Shown here: piece after piece, positions 25,767-39,591 of the stretch
Layout: the number at the start of each line of letters is the position of its first letter
Numbering within the stretch: the first letter of the stretch is position 1
DNA from: Octopus sinensis
Lineage: Eukaryota
Reading direction: 5' to 3'
Assembly (NCBI RefSeq): GCF_006345805.1
Contig: NC_043008.1
Span: forward strand, 13,330,001-13,394,000
Length of the DNA: 64,000 nucleotides
Translations under genes and position numbers: made by a program
Notes under the pieces: generated by a model
What the model saw: the letters and a program-made list of their open reading frames with translations, nothing else
Told to the model about the DNA's origin: nothing
The model's database searches: none

Positions 25767-27859
25767 GAACAGGTATAAAGACTCAGAATCACATTTTAAA
25801 AATTCTAATTGTGCTCAAGAGAGGAATATATTCTTGAGTGTGTGTGTGTGTGTTATTCCATTGTTCTCCAAATATTGAACATTTGTAAATGCTTTTACAC
25901 GAAGCTGTGGATATAGAAAGACGCATAAATATAACGAAGTATTTTAAGCCAAAGAAATACTTGGTATATGCGAAAATAAACTGAACTAATTACATATGAA
26001 CATCTCCTTCGTACTTGATGTGTTCCCAATTAATTCAGAACCACTTTTGTAAAGTAAACCCAAGTAGCAAACAACAAGTAGTGTTCACGAGAACTGTAAT
26101 TTGGACATTTATTCATAGATATTAACTGAAGTATACCATCACATCTAGCGTGAAATTAGAAATACTTTGGCGACTGTCATAAGAATCAATGTTTGTCATT
26201 TATGTACATTATTAGGGAGACATGTAATTGATCTAAACTTTATCCCCAAAGTATGCGACAGAAATAAATGGCCATATTATATGCCGCAAAGCAGCAATTA
26301 CATAAATCTGAGAAAGCATGAAATGATGCTAACATGGCCCGCCTCTCCATTTTATTATGCGGAAGAGGTTTAATACAAAGTAGTATATTATCGGAATTCA
26401 ATTTTTTTTTTGTTTAACAGAGTGAAGGCCAGCGGTGTGTCCAAGGGGAGAAATGTCATTTAAAGACTATATCTACTACACTGCACTGTTCACCATACTT
26501 AATGGCCGGCTAATTACCGGAAAAGTTTGCAGACGCATAACTAGCTATAATTGCATTACATTAGTTTCATAGACAGATTCCGAAATAATATGTTGCGATT
26601 TTCTTTAATTCGAATGCAGAACAATTTAGAGTGTATAAATATAACGTTCACGTCGTTGAAGAAATTGAAGCATTCTACAACGCATGGAATCTTGCATGTT
26701 TAATATTATATATGGCGCACGTTTTAGAATAAGTGCGGAACCATTTGAGTTGAATATTAATAAAACAGATGATATTGAATAGTTGCTTTGATGGAAGAAC
26801 ACTAAGAGGGAACAAGCACACAAGTATAGGATGTCAGATAACGAAATTAAATATGTAAGCCATGTAATCAAGCTCTCTATAATTTCCGTTTCTAATATCA
26901 CCAAGAATGAAATATTTAAATGCTGTGGAGACATTTAAATCTCTCATGGCAATAGAGAAGTAATCTTAACAGACTAAATTACAAGAGAAGACACGGTTTC
27001 ATAAATAGTATTTAAAAATTAACAAGGACTCGATGAACTCTTTGTTATGCATAATGAACTGTTTATTTGATCCTGTCAATGCTACCATATTTGAAGTTCA
27101 GTTTGGGGAATATTTCCTCTCATATATAAATCACACACTCACATATAAGCGCACAAATACATGTATCAGATTTTATTTTTTCCCGCTAACACTAATGCCA
27201 CTTAAACAATATACTTCGACTGAGAGATGACACCGCCCATCCTACGCATGCTAAAGTATTTTTATTCTGGAAGGTCGCATTAGTTCTCCGCTGTCACGCC
27301 TCGAGTACAGACGTGTAGTGCTCTGTAAATGTGTTTTCGTTATCCACCGAAAGTATAAAACATACATATTGCATCAGTATACACACACACTTTACTCCAC
27401 ACAAGGACACATATTGAGACACATTTCCACACATGTAGAGATGCACATCCCTACATACAAACATGATACATAGTTGCAAAACACACACACAAATACAGGC
27501 ATGCACACACAAGGAGGCAGAGGTACATACATATACAAACACAGGCTCACACACACAAGGAGGCAGAGGTGCATACATATACAAAAACACACGCTCACAC
27601 ACACACATACAAAAAAAATACGCAAAAACAGACATGCAAGCACATGAATATGCAAAATACATACACACAGAACCACACATATACATACATACATACATAT
27701 ATACATATGCATACACACATGTATACATGCACATACATGCATACATACATACACACATACATACATACGTACATGCATGCATGCGTAGGAACACACACAC
27801 ACACACACACTGATCCACACACATGCGCACAAACAAACAAAAAGGAACGCAGTTTAAAT

Positions 27860-28310
27860 AACGGTCGGAGTCATGACTATTGAAAAGGTTGCAAGACGCA
27901 AGGAAAACTTTAGGAAAATAAAAATAAGAAATAAGTGGAAATTTTACCGGTGGGTGTGTTTCAAGTAATGAGGCACAAAAAGAAAATGACCCTCCCCAGA
28001 CACAACAGAATATTGCATCAAGTTTCGCCCAGAAAGCTCAAATTACACAGGTTATCCAGCTGGCCTTTTGCAATAATGCAATGGGCAAAACTCAGATCAA
28101 AGATTGGTACAGCCGCTCCATACATGACCGTACTTCAATGGAAAATGAGGCACGCTTAAACAGGCCATTCACAAGCCGAAATGAGGAGCTGATTGAGAAG
28201 GGTCGGCGAATAGTCAGGGAAAATAAAAATCATCGTGTAAAAAAGACTATTGAATTTCTCGCGAAATTATTCGGTAGCCATGATAAAACTCCGAGTTTCG
28301 GATGCCTACC
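27860..28310 (+). mobile_element. Mariner-type transposase N-terminal (HTH) relic
   Basis: [45 protein letters not shown] fits the mariner pattern W..RF..GR.S.ED..RSGRP.T..N.E..EKV. Confidence 0.75.
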
Positions 28311-28369
28311 AATGACTGACTATGCGCTTTTCTCCCTATTACTTATATTTCTCTATTTTATTTTGAATA

Positions 28370-28371
<2 letters not shown>

Positions 28372-28409
<38 letters not shown>

Positions 28410-28523
28410 TTATACATATATACATATATATCTATACATATATACACACATATATATACACATATATATATACGTATATATATATATACACACACATATA
28501 TATATATATATATTATATATATA

Positions 28524-28555
<32 letters not shown>

Positions 28556-28593
28556 CACACATATATATATAATATATATATACACATATATAT

Positions 28594-28636
<43 letters not shown>

Positions 28637-28732
28637 TATATACACATATATATATACGTATATATATATACACATATATATATATATATATATACATATA
28701 TAAGTGGGTGTTTGAATGTTTATATGTAGTTA

Positions 28733-28770
<38 letters not shown>
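28372..28770. repeat. Compound (TA)n/(CA)n microsatellite
   Basis: Visible directly in the sequence. Confidence 0.95.
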
Positions 28771-29336
28771 CACATACACCAACACACATATGTGAGTGAG
28801 CGTATGTCTCTGTGTATATACATGTACGCTTTCCTACATGTATGATGTATGTCCATGCGTCTTTGTGATGGGCACCCGTTTTGCGAATTTCTCTTTGCAA
28901 GTCGATTTCTTTTTGAGTATCTTTATCTCAAGATCTAACAGAGAAATACCGAGAATAGAAATCGACCAAAGAAATATGCGACTAAAATGCTATAAATACT
29001 AACATAGTCAGCTGAAAAACAAATAAAATAATTAAATGAACATTTTTGAGAAATTACAATTTAGTGCTGCTGACGAAAATTTCCTATTTTCAGACTATAT
29101 TTTGCGCAGTTAACGGCAATAAACGATATAATATTGTATAGTAAAATGATCTGATTCTTCTTGGTAAATATGCTAGCAAAGTTCATTATTTACATTAAAA
29201 ACAATCTTATTTGATGTTTGAATAATTGAGGACACTTTGTAGCAACATAATTTCAGGAAGACGTCTTTATTTAGGAGTCCTTATAAGGAAATGTAAGTCC
29301 GGTTGTTGTATTCCTTAGCTGTCTTTGCTAAGTATA

Positions 29337-29555
29337 CGAGGGATTGCTGAAAAGTTCCTGGTATTGGGTAAAAGAAAATACGGGAGGATTAGTTAATGAA
29401 GATTTTATTCAATATATCCCCTTCTCAGATCGACACACTTATTGTAGCGGTCGTTCAGTTTTGCTAAGTCCCATGAAAAAAAACCCGGATGATTGGAGCC
29501 ACCAACCTGACTTTCGCGATACCCTTAAATCCAGGGACTTTTCAGCATCCCCTCG
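29337..29555. mobile_element. Tc1/mariner-derived MITE, 219 bp, TA TSD
   Basis: TIRs cgagggattgctgaaaagttcctgg and ccagggacttttcagcatcccctcg, with TA on both sides (29335-36, 29556-57). Confidence 0.92.
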
Positions 29556-29562
29556 TATATGG

Positions 29563-29611
<49 letters not shown>

Positions 29612-30343
29612 TAGTGTACATCTACATGAACATATACACATATGTATATATAACTGTGCATAAATATATGTATGTACGTTTACACACACACAAGCGCACA
29701 TACATACACACATACATACACACATATGTATATATATATATATAACTTAAATTGATATAAACTATATGAGGGCCGAGTTACAGGAAAAATGTGTAAGAAC
29801 CTTTCAAGATTTGGGGGTGTAAAACACATCGTTTGCACACATGTGATTGGGGTGTCAATTTCAATATTATTAGCCTCCACTGATGCGCAATTAGGAACTA
29901 TAAAAGGCCACGTATTACAGAATTCTGCTTCGCAACCATACGTCTCTTTAGATTCCTCTCTGCTGCATCTTGCTAACGTGGGTGACTTCTTTCTTGCCAA
30001 AGCTATATAGTCCCTCTAACGTTAACGTTTGTGAATGAAATTCATTCAACCGAAACATACCCGTTGCCAACTTAAAAGCCTTCAAACTGGGGCATTATTT
30101 CCTCTCACACACCTATGCTTATTAATATTCAGATTCCAAGGTATTAAATGACAGAGGCAAATCATTCTCCTCGCATGACGTCAGCCTGTCCCAAAATTGC
30201 ATTGTATGCGCTATTGAAACCCATAACACGATCCTATATTTCACAATAGTGTTTATTTTCGGACTTCCTACGCAACATTAAAATTATCAACCCACGACTC
30301 TGGGATATCGAACATTGAATTCTAAATATCTGTGCCAAAGATA

Positions 30344-30384
30344 TAACTCATAATCAAAGACCTAACTCATAATCAAAGACCTAA
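30344..30384 (+). repeat. 19-bp perfect tandem duplication
   Basis: taactcataatcaaagacc occurs twice in tandem. Confidence 0.9.
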
Positions 30385-31656
30385 TCTCTTTAATTTCACT
30401 GGAAGTAGTTTTTACCGATGTACTATTAAATACACCTGCCGAAATTTGTAAGTCGGCCACCTGCACGCTTTATAAGTCAGCCACAATTTATTTTTTATAT
30501 CATAGTCATCTACGGAATATATGAGTTATAAATGTAATCCTATATACGCTAATCATTAATAGCTTTAGTTTGTATGTTGAAGGAACATGCGCAATTTCTT
30601 TACTGTACAATTAAAAGTGGGGCAGTGGAATGATTTATGTCAATAACCCTGACACGATTCAATATAATGAACTAGATTGATGTGGGAATAGCAGTGGTAC
30701 CTACTTTATTGAATATGAATGAGAGAACTGATATGAAACGCGTTATCTTCGACTTCATTAAATATATATAAATGATACTAAATACCATGTGTGATTTTGT
30801 CTAATGCACCGTCATTTCGGCATTTGTATAGCACAGGAATTAATACCAACTTAAATATGGAAATAGATGCAGTATAAGGTATGCTGCGAAGCTATTGATT
30901 ATGATTCATGAAGTCGCAATACAAAATTCAAAATTGTTCACTTATGGAAAGTCAAAATCTATTGCTTCAAAATATTTGCATATTCATTGACATTAAAGAT
31001 TTATTAAATCCTCTATAGACTCGTTTGTTTGACTATTTCACAGTATTTAATATTTCTATACCATTCATTTCCCCCCGTTATCTGCTGTACACCGATTGAA
31101 TGGAGAGATATGCCTGATATTTACTAGTATTAATAATAGCGCCTTTACTGTTTGCTACCGTCAATGTTCAGCACCATCACTGGCTAATTATTATTTACAG
31201 GGCTTTTAGCGTTTGATTCATAGTCCTTAGTTCCGTTTTCATGCAGATGGGAGATAAATCATACATGAATTACACTTATGTGTATCGTATGCATTAATCC
31301 TTGATGATATCGTATTTATGGTAACGACTTAAATATACCTAATGTTGAACAGAAGGACAAATGTATTCCATCAGTGATTATAAATTCCGATCTATGGGGA
31401 GAACATCCAGTAAGTTAATCGTTCGGCCATATTAACTTTGCATATTATTAGGAACGAGCAATTTCAGAAAAGGAATTCTGCAGGAATTATAATTACGAAC
31501 AAATCTATTGTGACATCGACTTTGAAATCAGTAAATGTTCATATATAGAGTTCGTTTAGAAAAAAATCAATGTGTATAACTATCAAATATATAGCTGATC
31601 TTGATATTTTGTCACCCAGAATTACCCTTACCTAGGACAGAATAACCCTTACCTAG

Positions 31657-31884
31657 GGCGGCGAGCTGGTGGAATCGTTAGTACGCAGGGCTAATGCTTA
31701 GCGGCATTTCGTCTGCTGTTACGTTCTGAGTTCAAATTCCGCCGAGTTCGATTTACGATTCATCCTTTCGGGGTCGATAAATTAAGTACCAGTTACGCAC
31801 TGGGGTCAATGTAATCGACTTATACTTTTGTTTGTCCTTGTTTGTCCCCTCTATGTTTAGCCCCTTGTGGGCAATAAAGAAATA
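31657..31884 (+). mobile_element. tRNA-derived SINE family B, full length
   Basis: ggcggcgagctggtggaatcgttag...gagttcaaattccgccgag...gggcaataaagaaata. The flanks share agaataacc and acctagg, possibly a TSD. Confidence 0.92.
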
Positions 31885-33518
31885 AGAATAACCTAGGACA
31901 CCTATCATAAAATATTGCCAATCCTAAATATTGAAGACTTCTGTTGAGACCTGTGAAATATATAAACACTCACATATATCGATCTATTTCCAAAAAAGCT
32001 AGCTTGTAGCGCAAGAGAATATTGGTTGTTATTTCTAGCAAGCTGAACGGTCACATGAAGTCTTCTGAATTGCTTTAGTCCAGTCAAACTACTGAATGTA
32101 GTTATCTAATAAATCGTATGCCAGTTTGTTTCTTGGGTGAACAATTGATTTCAAATCCATCACACAGAGGAATGGATTGATTTTCTAAATCAGAAAATAG
32201 ACCCGGGTGCGGAGAAATATCAATGGAAGATTCATTCTTGCGTGAAGGCAGAAAAGATTCAACAGTCACACGCTTAGACTCTTATCAGGTGATAAACATA
32301 CAGAAACAAGTTCTTGCAGACAAACAAATATAATAACTGGATTGTGTAATAATGTTCTTCTACATTTGAGTATATCACAAGTGTAATACTTTATATAATA
32401 CCAAAACTGAAGAATCAAAGTGTATGAGGTTATGGACACTCTCTTTTATTAATATTCCAACGCGAAGTTCATACAGCTGTCAACTTCAACTCTATATCTT
32501 TCAGTTCCATGGAAATTGGAAAAGGTTTATATCCTGAAGATATCTCCTACACTAAACGAAATATCCTGTTTTCTCCCGCTACGATACTTGTTTGTTGTGA
32601 ACCTGGTTAGTTGTTAAATCCTTGACACTGCATACATTTCTGTTGCATATCAAATTTTGTACCTACCCATGTACATATACGTGTTATGAGTCCAGCGGAC
32701 TTACACTACGGAACTCTGCTCAAATTATAGAATATATTCTTCCTTATGGGTTAAATTGCTTCTATTACAACAGGCATCATAAGTTGTTTAATCATTATTT
32801 ATTCCTATGCGTCGACCAGCTCCAAATGTACTAACTACGATAAGCCAGTATTCATGCAGCAACATTCGGGTGTTAATTTACTTCTTGCAAATCGACATTT
32901 TCCTCTCCCGATACACGGAAAACCACATATCGAAACCGCATACATAAACCTACGCGCTGTAATATTTTACTTGGTGACTATTCATTTGATATTTTCAAAT
33001 CAAATTTTATAGATTTTTCTGCACTGGGGTTTAGCAAGCGACTTTGTTTGCATTAAAACCATTGCAATCTATCGAATTTTCACGCACAGCGCTCATACAA
33101 ATAGCTTATATACGCTACGTAAATAAAACTATTTTATTAGGTCACTAAATGCAGGTTGAAAACTAAAGCTTCTGGAACTGTATTCGAAACGTTCATCATG
33201 GAAGGCTGGAGAAATATAAAATCAAAAATTGAAAATTTAATTTCTTCAAAAGCCTATATATTGAATTCAAATTTCACTTCTTTTGATCGAGTACATATTT
33301 ACATATATCAGGCAATTGATATTCTCCGCATTCAAAAGACGGTTAAACTCAAAGAGAAAAATAAAACATGGCAATTAGAGATAGTCGCACTACGCTATAT
33401 CAAACTCATTTGTATGCAATTTTCTCCAAATATACTATACATAACGTATTAATTCGAACCGATAAGCATATGTATATCTATCTATCTGTTTATGTCTGTA
33501 TGCATGTATATATATATA

Positions 33519-33564
<46 letters not shown>

Positions 33565-33677
33565 CAATGTAGCTGTGCGCACGCACACACACACACACAC
33601 ACACACACATATGGATGTAAACAAAATATTTACATATGTAAGGCTAGATATGTAAGTGAATATTTAAGCAAATATAA

Positions 33678-33740
<63 letters not shown>

Positions 33741-33744
33741 TACA

Positions 33745-33915
33745 GGCGCAGGAATGGCTGTGTGGTAAGTAGCTTGCTAACCAACCACATGATTCCGGGT
33801 TCAGTCCCACTGCGTGGCATCTTGGGCAAGTGTCTTCTGCTATAGCCCCGGGCCGACCAATGCCTTGTGAGTGGATTTGGTAGACGGAAACTGAAAGAAG
33901 CCTGCGCCTGTATAT

Positions 33916-33985
<70 letters not shown>

Positions 33986-34200
33986 TATATATATATGTGT
34001 GTGTATGTGTGTGTGTGTTTGTGTGCCTGTTTGTCCCCCTAGCATTGCTTGACAACCGATGCTGGTGTGTTTAACTGCCCGTCAGCTAGCGGTTCGGCAA
34101 AAGAGACCGATAGAATAAGTACTGGGCTTACAAAGAATAAGTTCCGGTGCCGAAGCATGGCCGCAGTCAAATGACTGAAACAAGTAAAGGAGTAAAAGAG
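33745..34200 (+). mobile_element. tRNA-derived SINE family A with a small internal deletion
   Basis: Full head and tail present. Lacks the ggggtcgatttgctcgactaaagg segment near 34145. Confidence 0.92.
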
Positions 34201-34637
34201 AGAGTATGCGTCCATATATGTCAAAAGGTTACTAGGATCCAACTATACAAAATGTAGGAATTATGCAGCTAGCACGGAAGACTGTGTATATAATAAAATA
34301 TATATTTATTAGTATCTTCCCTGCAAATATACATACATGTAATTATATATATGTCCGTGTATGTCTGCCTGTGTGTGTTTATGCATGTGCGTTTGTGTGT
34401 GCGCATGCGTACTTTGAAAGGGGGACGAGATAGATAGATATGGATGTTGGTCGGTACTTCCATGAAAGTACAGGTTTTTTAATATCCTGTAGAAAAAGGT
34501 GAGTTCTGAACATTATTCTCCTGCTTATATTCTTCTAACTACTTTTACTCTTTATTCTTCTATTCTGGTCTTTTAATGCTGTATTTTACTCCTTTTAAAC
34601 TGTGAATCTTATTCCTCGTAAGCTGTAAATTTTCTCC

Positions 34638-34701
34638 GTCTATGAAAACCCAGTGCATGGACATGCTAATCTACTACTTATTCCAGAAACGGCCGTAAGA
34701 T
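34638..34701 (+). ncRNA. Degenerate hammerhead relic
   Basis: GUCU AUGAAAA ... UGGA...UCCA GAAA CGGCCG UA AGAU. The 3' half has the same layout as the 3809-3864 motif, and the 5' core is mutated. Confidence 0.4.
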
Positions 34702-34825
34702 TTGAAAATATTCTAAATGACTTCAGGTACCCGCTCTGCCTTGGTTGTGATTTTTCCTCTCTTATAATATATACCCGCTATAACGGATCCCACAGTGCTT
34801 CTACAAATGTATATAACTCTATCTA

Positions 34826-35015
34826 GGGAGAGTTTACGAAAAGAAACCAACAAAAGACGAAGTCAGATGGTGTACAAAACAAATATGTATTAGTATAACG
34901 CTCAGGAAGAGAGAAAGTCTTTTACGTTTTAGGCCCACGCTCTTCTACAGAAAAGGACACAGAAAACAAGGAGAGAAACAAGGAGAGAAAAAATGTGTGT
35001 AGTGGCTAGCGATCT
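34826..35015 (-). mobile_element. Family F repeat carrying a hammerhead relic, copy 2
   Basis: Homologous to 10095-10380. The minus strand at 34919-34955 reads CUUUU CUGUAGA A GAGC gugg GCCU AAAA CGUA AAAG. Confidence 0.75.
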
Positions 35016-35571
35016 ATGCATTACATATCGTATGAGACTTTTTAACATATAGCAGTTTGTAACTTGTGTTTCGATAAAACTTTAAAACAAAATGCACCCT
35101 AGCTTGCAGAACTATAATAGACTGATCGTTTGGTGTCTACCGCGCTGAAACCCCTGGTTTATCGTGTTGATATCTTCTGAAATCTACAATAAAGTGTTAG
35201 TTTATCGTAAGTGTAATTGTAATATTTCTGACTAAAAAGAATTTCGTAAAAGTGCATCTGAACCAATCATGTGTGAAGGATAACACAGGAAATTACAGAA
35301 TCAATGATGATAATATGAAAGAACCGAGGACAACGTCATCGGTCTCTGATGAGAAATAAAGAACAAAGAACATTTCCATGCAACATTAACGAAAATATTT
35401 TTTGCGATAACACCTTTGTTTGCTCTGATTCCCTGCAATATTTCTTTTCTTTCGGTTTAATTCTGCCTCATTAATCGTCCAAAAACTGATTTTAACATCA
35501 CTAACATATCAAGATATGAAAAAAAAAGGTCTCGTTTCGTTAGCAGTCTCCCTTGTGTTGACTACCTATTA

Positions 35572-35880
35572 ATGTTGTTTTTATTGTTGTGGTTGTTTGT
35601 TGTTGTTGTTTTTCTTCTTCTTCTTCTTCTTCTTCTTCTCTTCTTCTTCTTCTCTTCTTCTTCTTTTCCGTCTTCTAGTGATGCTTATTTCTCTCCTCCC
35701 CTTCCTATGCCGCTTCCTCCTCCTCCTCCTCCTCCTCCTCCTCCTACTACTACTACTACTTCTACTACTGATAATAATGATAATAATAATGATAATTACA
35801 ATAACAACACCACTACTAATACTACTACTACTACTAATGCTACTGCTGCTGCTACTACTACTTCCACTACAACTATTACT
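35572..35880. repeat. Chain of trinucleotide microsatellites (GTT, CTT, CCT, ACT, AAT, GCT)
   Basis: Visible directly. It explains the 188-aa low-complexity ORF. Confidence 0.9.
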
Positions 35881-36069
35881 GAGTTAGAGACGTTGACAAT
35901 AGTAGTAAAGAAAACTATTTTCTATACTAAAACAATTGCCAATTCTATAAGAAGGATTTATGCATGTATGTGTGCGTGCAGGTGTATGTGTGTGCATGCG
36001 TGTTTCTGTATGCATATATATATATACATATATACACGCACAACCATTCACACACGTACACATACCCAT

Positions 36070-36102
<33 letters not shown>

Positions 36103-36872
36103 ACATATACATACGTGTGTGTGTGTATAAAACGATAATGTAAAATAAATATATAGACATAAATGTATATATAAAAAGAGAAACAAATTTAAATGAAACC
36201 TCTCTGTAGGTGGGTTCTCTACATTAGCATGTAAATTTAACTCGAATTTAAGTAGAGAAGAATATATTTGCGTGCAAAGATTAAAATCATACCCAGTATA
36301 CCGTCCCCACTAATAAAGGTTTTTTCTGGTCTTTGGAACTGTATATCAAACAAGTACGCGTATTAATATATGATATCAATATTTTATCCCCTTGATATGT
36401 AGTTTTTCAGGGTATCAAAGTATGTAAATACACATACAGCAATCTCGTCCATCATGTAGAAAGAAAACAGTTTGAATTACACTCTTTTAAGCACACATGT
36501 CGCTGGCTTGAAGCAAAATACGAAATGTATAGCAAACCAATCTGAAATAATGTAAGTGCTTAGCAAAATTTCTCCGGGGATATATTCTCCAAATTAAAGT
36601 GCTCGACATTTTCAGATACAGAAATCAAAGCGCACAACTGGAGCTATGTAAATCTAAATTTTTGGTAAATACATAAAGAATGCTTTTACACGGAAATTCC
36701 TATTCCTTGAAAGGGCATGATATTCGTGAATAGGGCTAGGAAGAGAAAATAAAACATATACTGCAAAACGCAATGAAGGCGGAAATAAGTCAAGGCATAG
36801 ATATCAAAATAAAATACAAACATGTACATAATTTACGCATGACATAATCTCATCTCCAGGAGATCAAAGGAT

Positions 36873-36957
<85 letters not shown>

Positions 36958-37325
36958 GACGCATATGCATGTAAATATAGTTAGAAGTTGCTTCAAACAA
37001 TTTCGTTAATGCACACACACCCGTAACTTACAAAACGTACATATATTGAAACGAACAGTGGTAACGTGTGAACGAAACTCCTGTGGGAAATTCTCTGCAT
37101 CAATGTTCTTCCAAATGGCTTTAAACTACAGAAAATGATAGGTAAAAATATAACTGTAAATAATCTTCCGCTATATCACAATATCAAGGCTGTCATTCCG
37201 TGAAAATTTACCTAAGGGCTATGCAAAATTCAATTCGCATCACAGGCCCCATAATAACTCTATACAGGAAATCAGAGATGAAAACTATAGGGTAATTCCG
37301 AGTCACTTATTGTAAACTACACACA

Positions 37326-37500
37326 TTGTGTGTGGCTGAGAAGTTTTCTTTTCAACCGCATGGTTTCGTGCTTAGTTCAAGTACGCAGTATCTTCTGCGA
37401 GTGTGTTGTATGAAAACCCTTGCGATCGAATTTGGTAGACATAAACTTTGTAGAAGCCTTTTGTATGTATATCATATGTGTGTGTGTGTGTGTGTGTATG
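37326..37500 (+). mobile_element. Old, degenerate SINE family A 5' half
   Basis: tgtgtggctgagaagttttctt.caaccgcatggtttcg...gaatttggtagac..aaact.tgtagaagcc followed by (TG)n. Confidence 0.7.
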
Positions 37501-38209
37501 TTTCTCTTGGTTCGTCAAAAATTGGAATGTGAGATTGCTGTCATTTCCTACTTCACCCATACGCAGCCATGGAACAACTTTCTTTTAAGAATGAAACTAA
37601 ATATGTATAGTTTGAGTGAATTATTCCGCGCAGAATGCATTTTGGGTGCCTTCATATTGTATATTGTCATATACTTGTTCAGAATCATTATTAATACAAA
37701 TCTAACTAATATACAAACATTCTATCACGAATATATCTTGAAGGAATTTCAGGGTATACAATATAAATTTTTTAAGGCACTTGTATCCACTTCAGTTTGT
37801 ATCATCAGCACACCTTATAAAGAAAGATATTTTCTGTGAGATTTAGTCATATAGCTCCACGTTTGTGATTTTAATTCGCGATCTAAATTTATTGATCGCC
37901 TTGATGTAGAAAATCTCTATTCAGAGTCATACTTTCGTAATTGACTAGGTTTCTGCATTTACATATGTATAACTTACGTTTATGTTTTGTCTTGTGCTGC
38001 TGCAGCTAATATAGTTTCGAAAACACTCTTTCTGATGCATTCTGTCGCGAGTAATAGATATATTAATATAATATGCATTTTCTTTTAATATATATGTTGC
38101 GATCGATTTTCAGAGCATTCTTTTTATACACAGCAATCGCTTACACGCCCGATCACGCATATGACCATATACATCTTGTTTAGAAATAGACGGCCTTCAT
38201 ATATATATA

Positions 38210-38655
38210 TGGCTCGGACACGTCTGCCGCATGCAGGACGGTCGCATGCCTAAAGACATCCTGTACAGCGAACTCACAACGGGATCCCGACCGAAGGGAC
38301 GTCCACAGCTACGATACAGGGACGAGTGCAAGCGCGACCTGAGGACTGCCAACATCTGTGTGGACACGTGGGAGGAAACAGCTGCTGACCGCTCTGCCTG
38401 GCGTCGGACGATGAGGAAAGGCGTTTCCATGGCTGAGGAGAGGAGAGCACAGCTGTGGTTGGACAGGCGGGACAGGAGGAGGACAACTGCAGCAACACCC
38501 CACACGTACCCATCGATGTTCGTGTGCAGCAACTGCACCAAGGACTGCCACTCTAGAATTGGACTGTTCAGTCACAGCAGACGCTGCACATCATCAAAGT
38601 AGGCCCCACCCTTGGCGCAACCCATTGTCTATCAAGACAGACGGGGATAAAGAAT
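38210..38655 (+). mobile_element. RTE/BovB-like LINE 3' end, young and 5'-truncated
   Basis: Uninterrupted frame WLGHVCRMQDGRMPKDILYSELTTGSRPKGRPQLRYRDECKRDL...W....DRSAWR...CSNCTKDCHSRIGLFSHSRRC (C-terminal C2H2-like finger). Much more GC-rich than the flanks, and inserted in (TA)n. Confidence 0.95.
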
Positions 38656-38753
38656 ACATACATACATGCATTACATACATACATATACATAAACAAATAC
38701 ATATATATATATATATATAAATATGTATATATATGTATGTATATATGTATGTA

Positions 38754-38944
38754 TAATTTCTACTCTTCTCCTCTGGAAGCCATCTACTCGCAATACCAGA
38801 GGGCGCACACTCTCCTACCCTGATGTAATCTCCAGGGATACAGGCATCCAGCAACAGGACCTCCGTAATGCTATGATGGACCGTGAAGTCTGGCGTAACA
38901 TAGTAAATTCCATTGTTTCGACCACGGTCGAACAATGATGATGA

Positions 38945-38947
<3 letters not shown>
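38754..38947 (+). mobile_element. Second RTE-clade LINE 3' end with a (TGA)n tail
   Basis: ISTLLLWKPSTRNTRGRTLSYPDVISRDTGIQQQDLRNAMMDREVWRNIV, a terminal hairpin ttcgacc-ac-ggtcgaa, then tgatgatgatga. Confidence 0.88.
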
Positions 38948-38979
<32 letters not shown>

Positions 38980-38981
<2 letters not shown>

Positions 38982-39367
38982 AATTAAGGACTGAACACGA
39001 AAAGTGGACAGTCAACATGCTAGATATAGACGTCAAATCGCCATTCACCACAAAAGATTATGTTCTCAGATCAAACTCAACACAAAACCATAGCAATAAA
39101 CAAGTGAAAAATATACGAATTAAAATAATTATTTTATTTTATTTCGTATATTTTTCACTTGTTTATTGCTATGGTTTTGTGTTGAGTTTGATCTGAGAAC
39201 ATAATCTTTTGTGGTGAATGGCGATTTGACGTCTATATCTAGCATGTTGACTGTCCACGTTTCGTGTTCAGTCCTTAATTGGTATATATAAATATTTCAA
39301 TCTTCGGATTCTTTTTTAATATGCTAGACCACTGGTCTTAATTGATAAATATCAATTTCTACCCTTA

Positions 39368-39378
<11 letters not shown>
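38980..39378. mobile_element. (TA)n-embedded near-perfect foldback (140-bp arms) with a unique tail
   Basis: Arms 38980-39119 and 39143-39282 differ at one base. 23-bp AT spacer. Tail 39290-39378, then (TA)n. Confidence 0.9.
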
Positions 39379-39436
<58 letters not shown>

Positions 39437-39439
39437 GAT

Positions 39440-39510
<71 letters not shown>

Positions 39511-39591
39511 TGCGTGTGTGTGTGTGCGTGTGTGTTTGCGTGTTTATATGTACATATAAGTGTACGTACACCGCTATTAATATATATTTAA

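Noticed and set aside
35572-36138. 188-aa ORF resembling a signal peptide plus Pro/Thr mucin
   Set aside because: It consists entirely of adjacent trinucleotide repeats running into (TA/CA)n, with no unique coding sequence.
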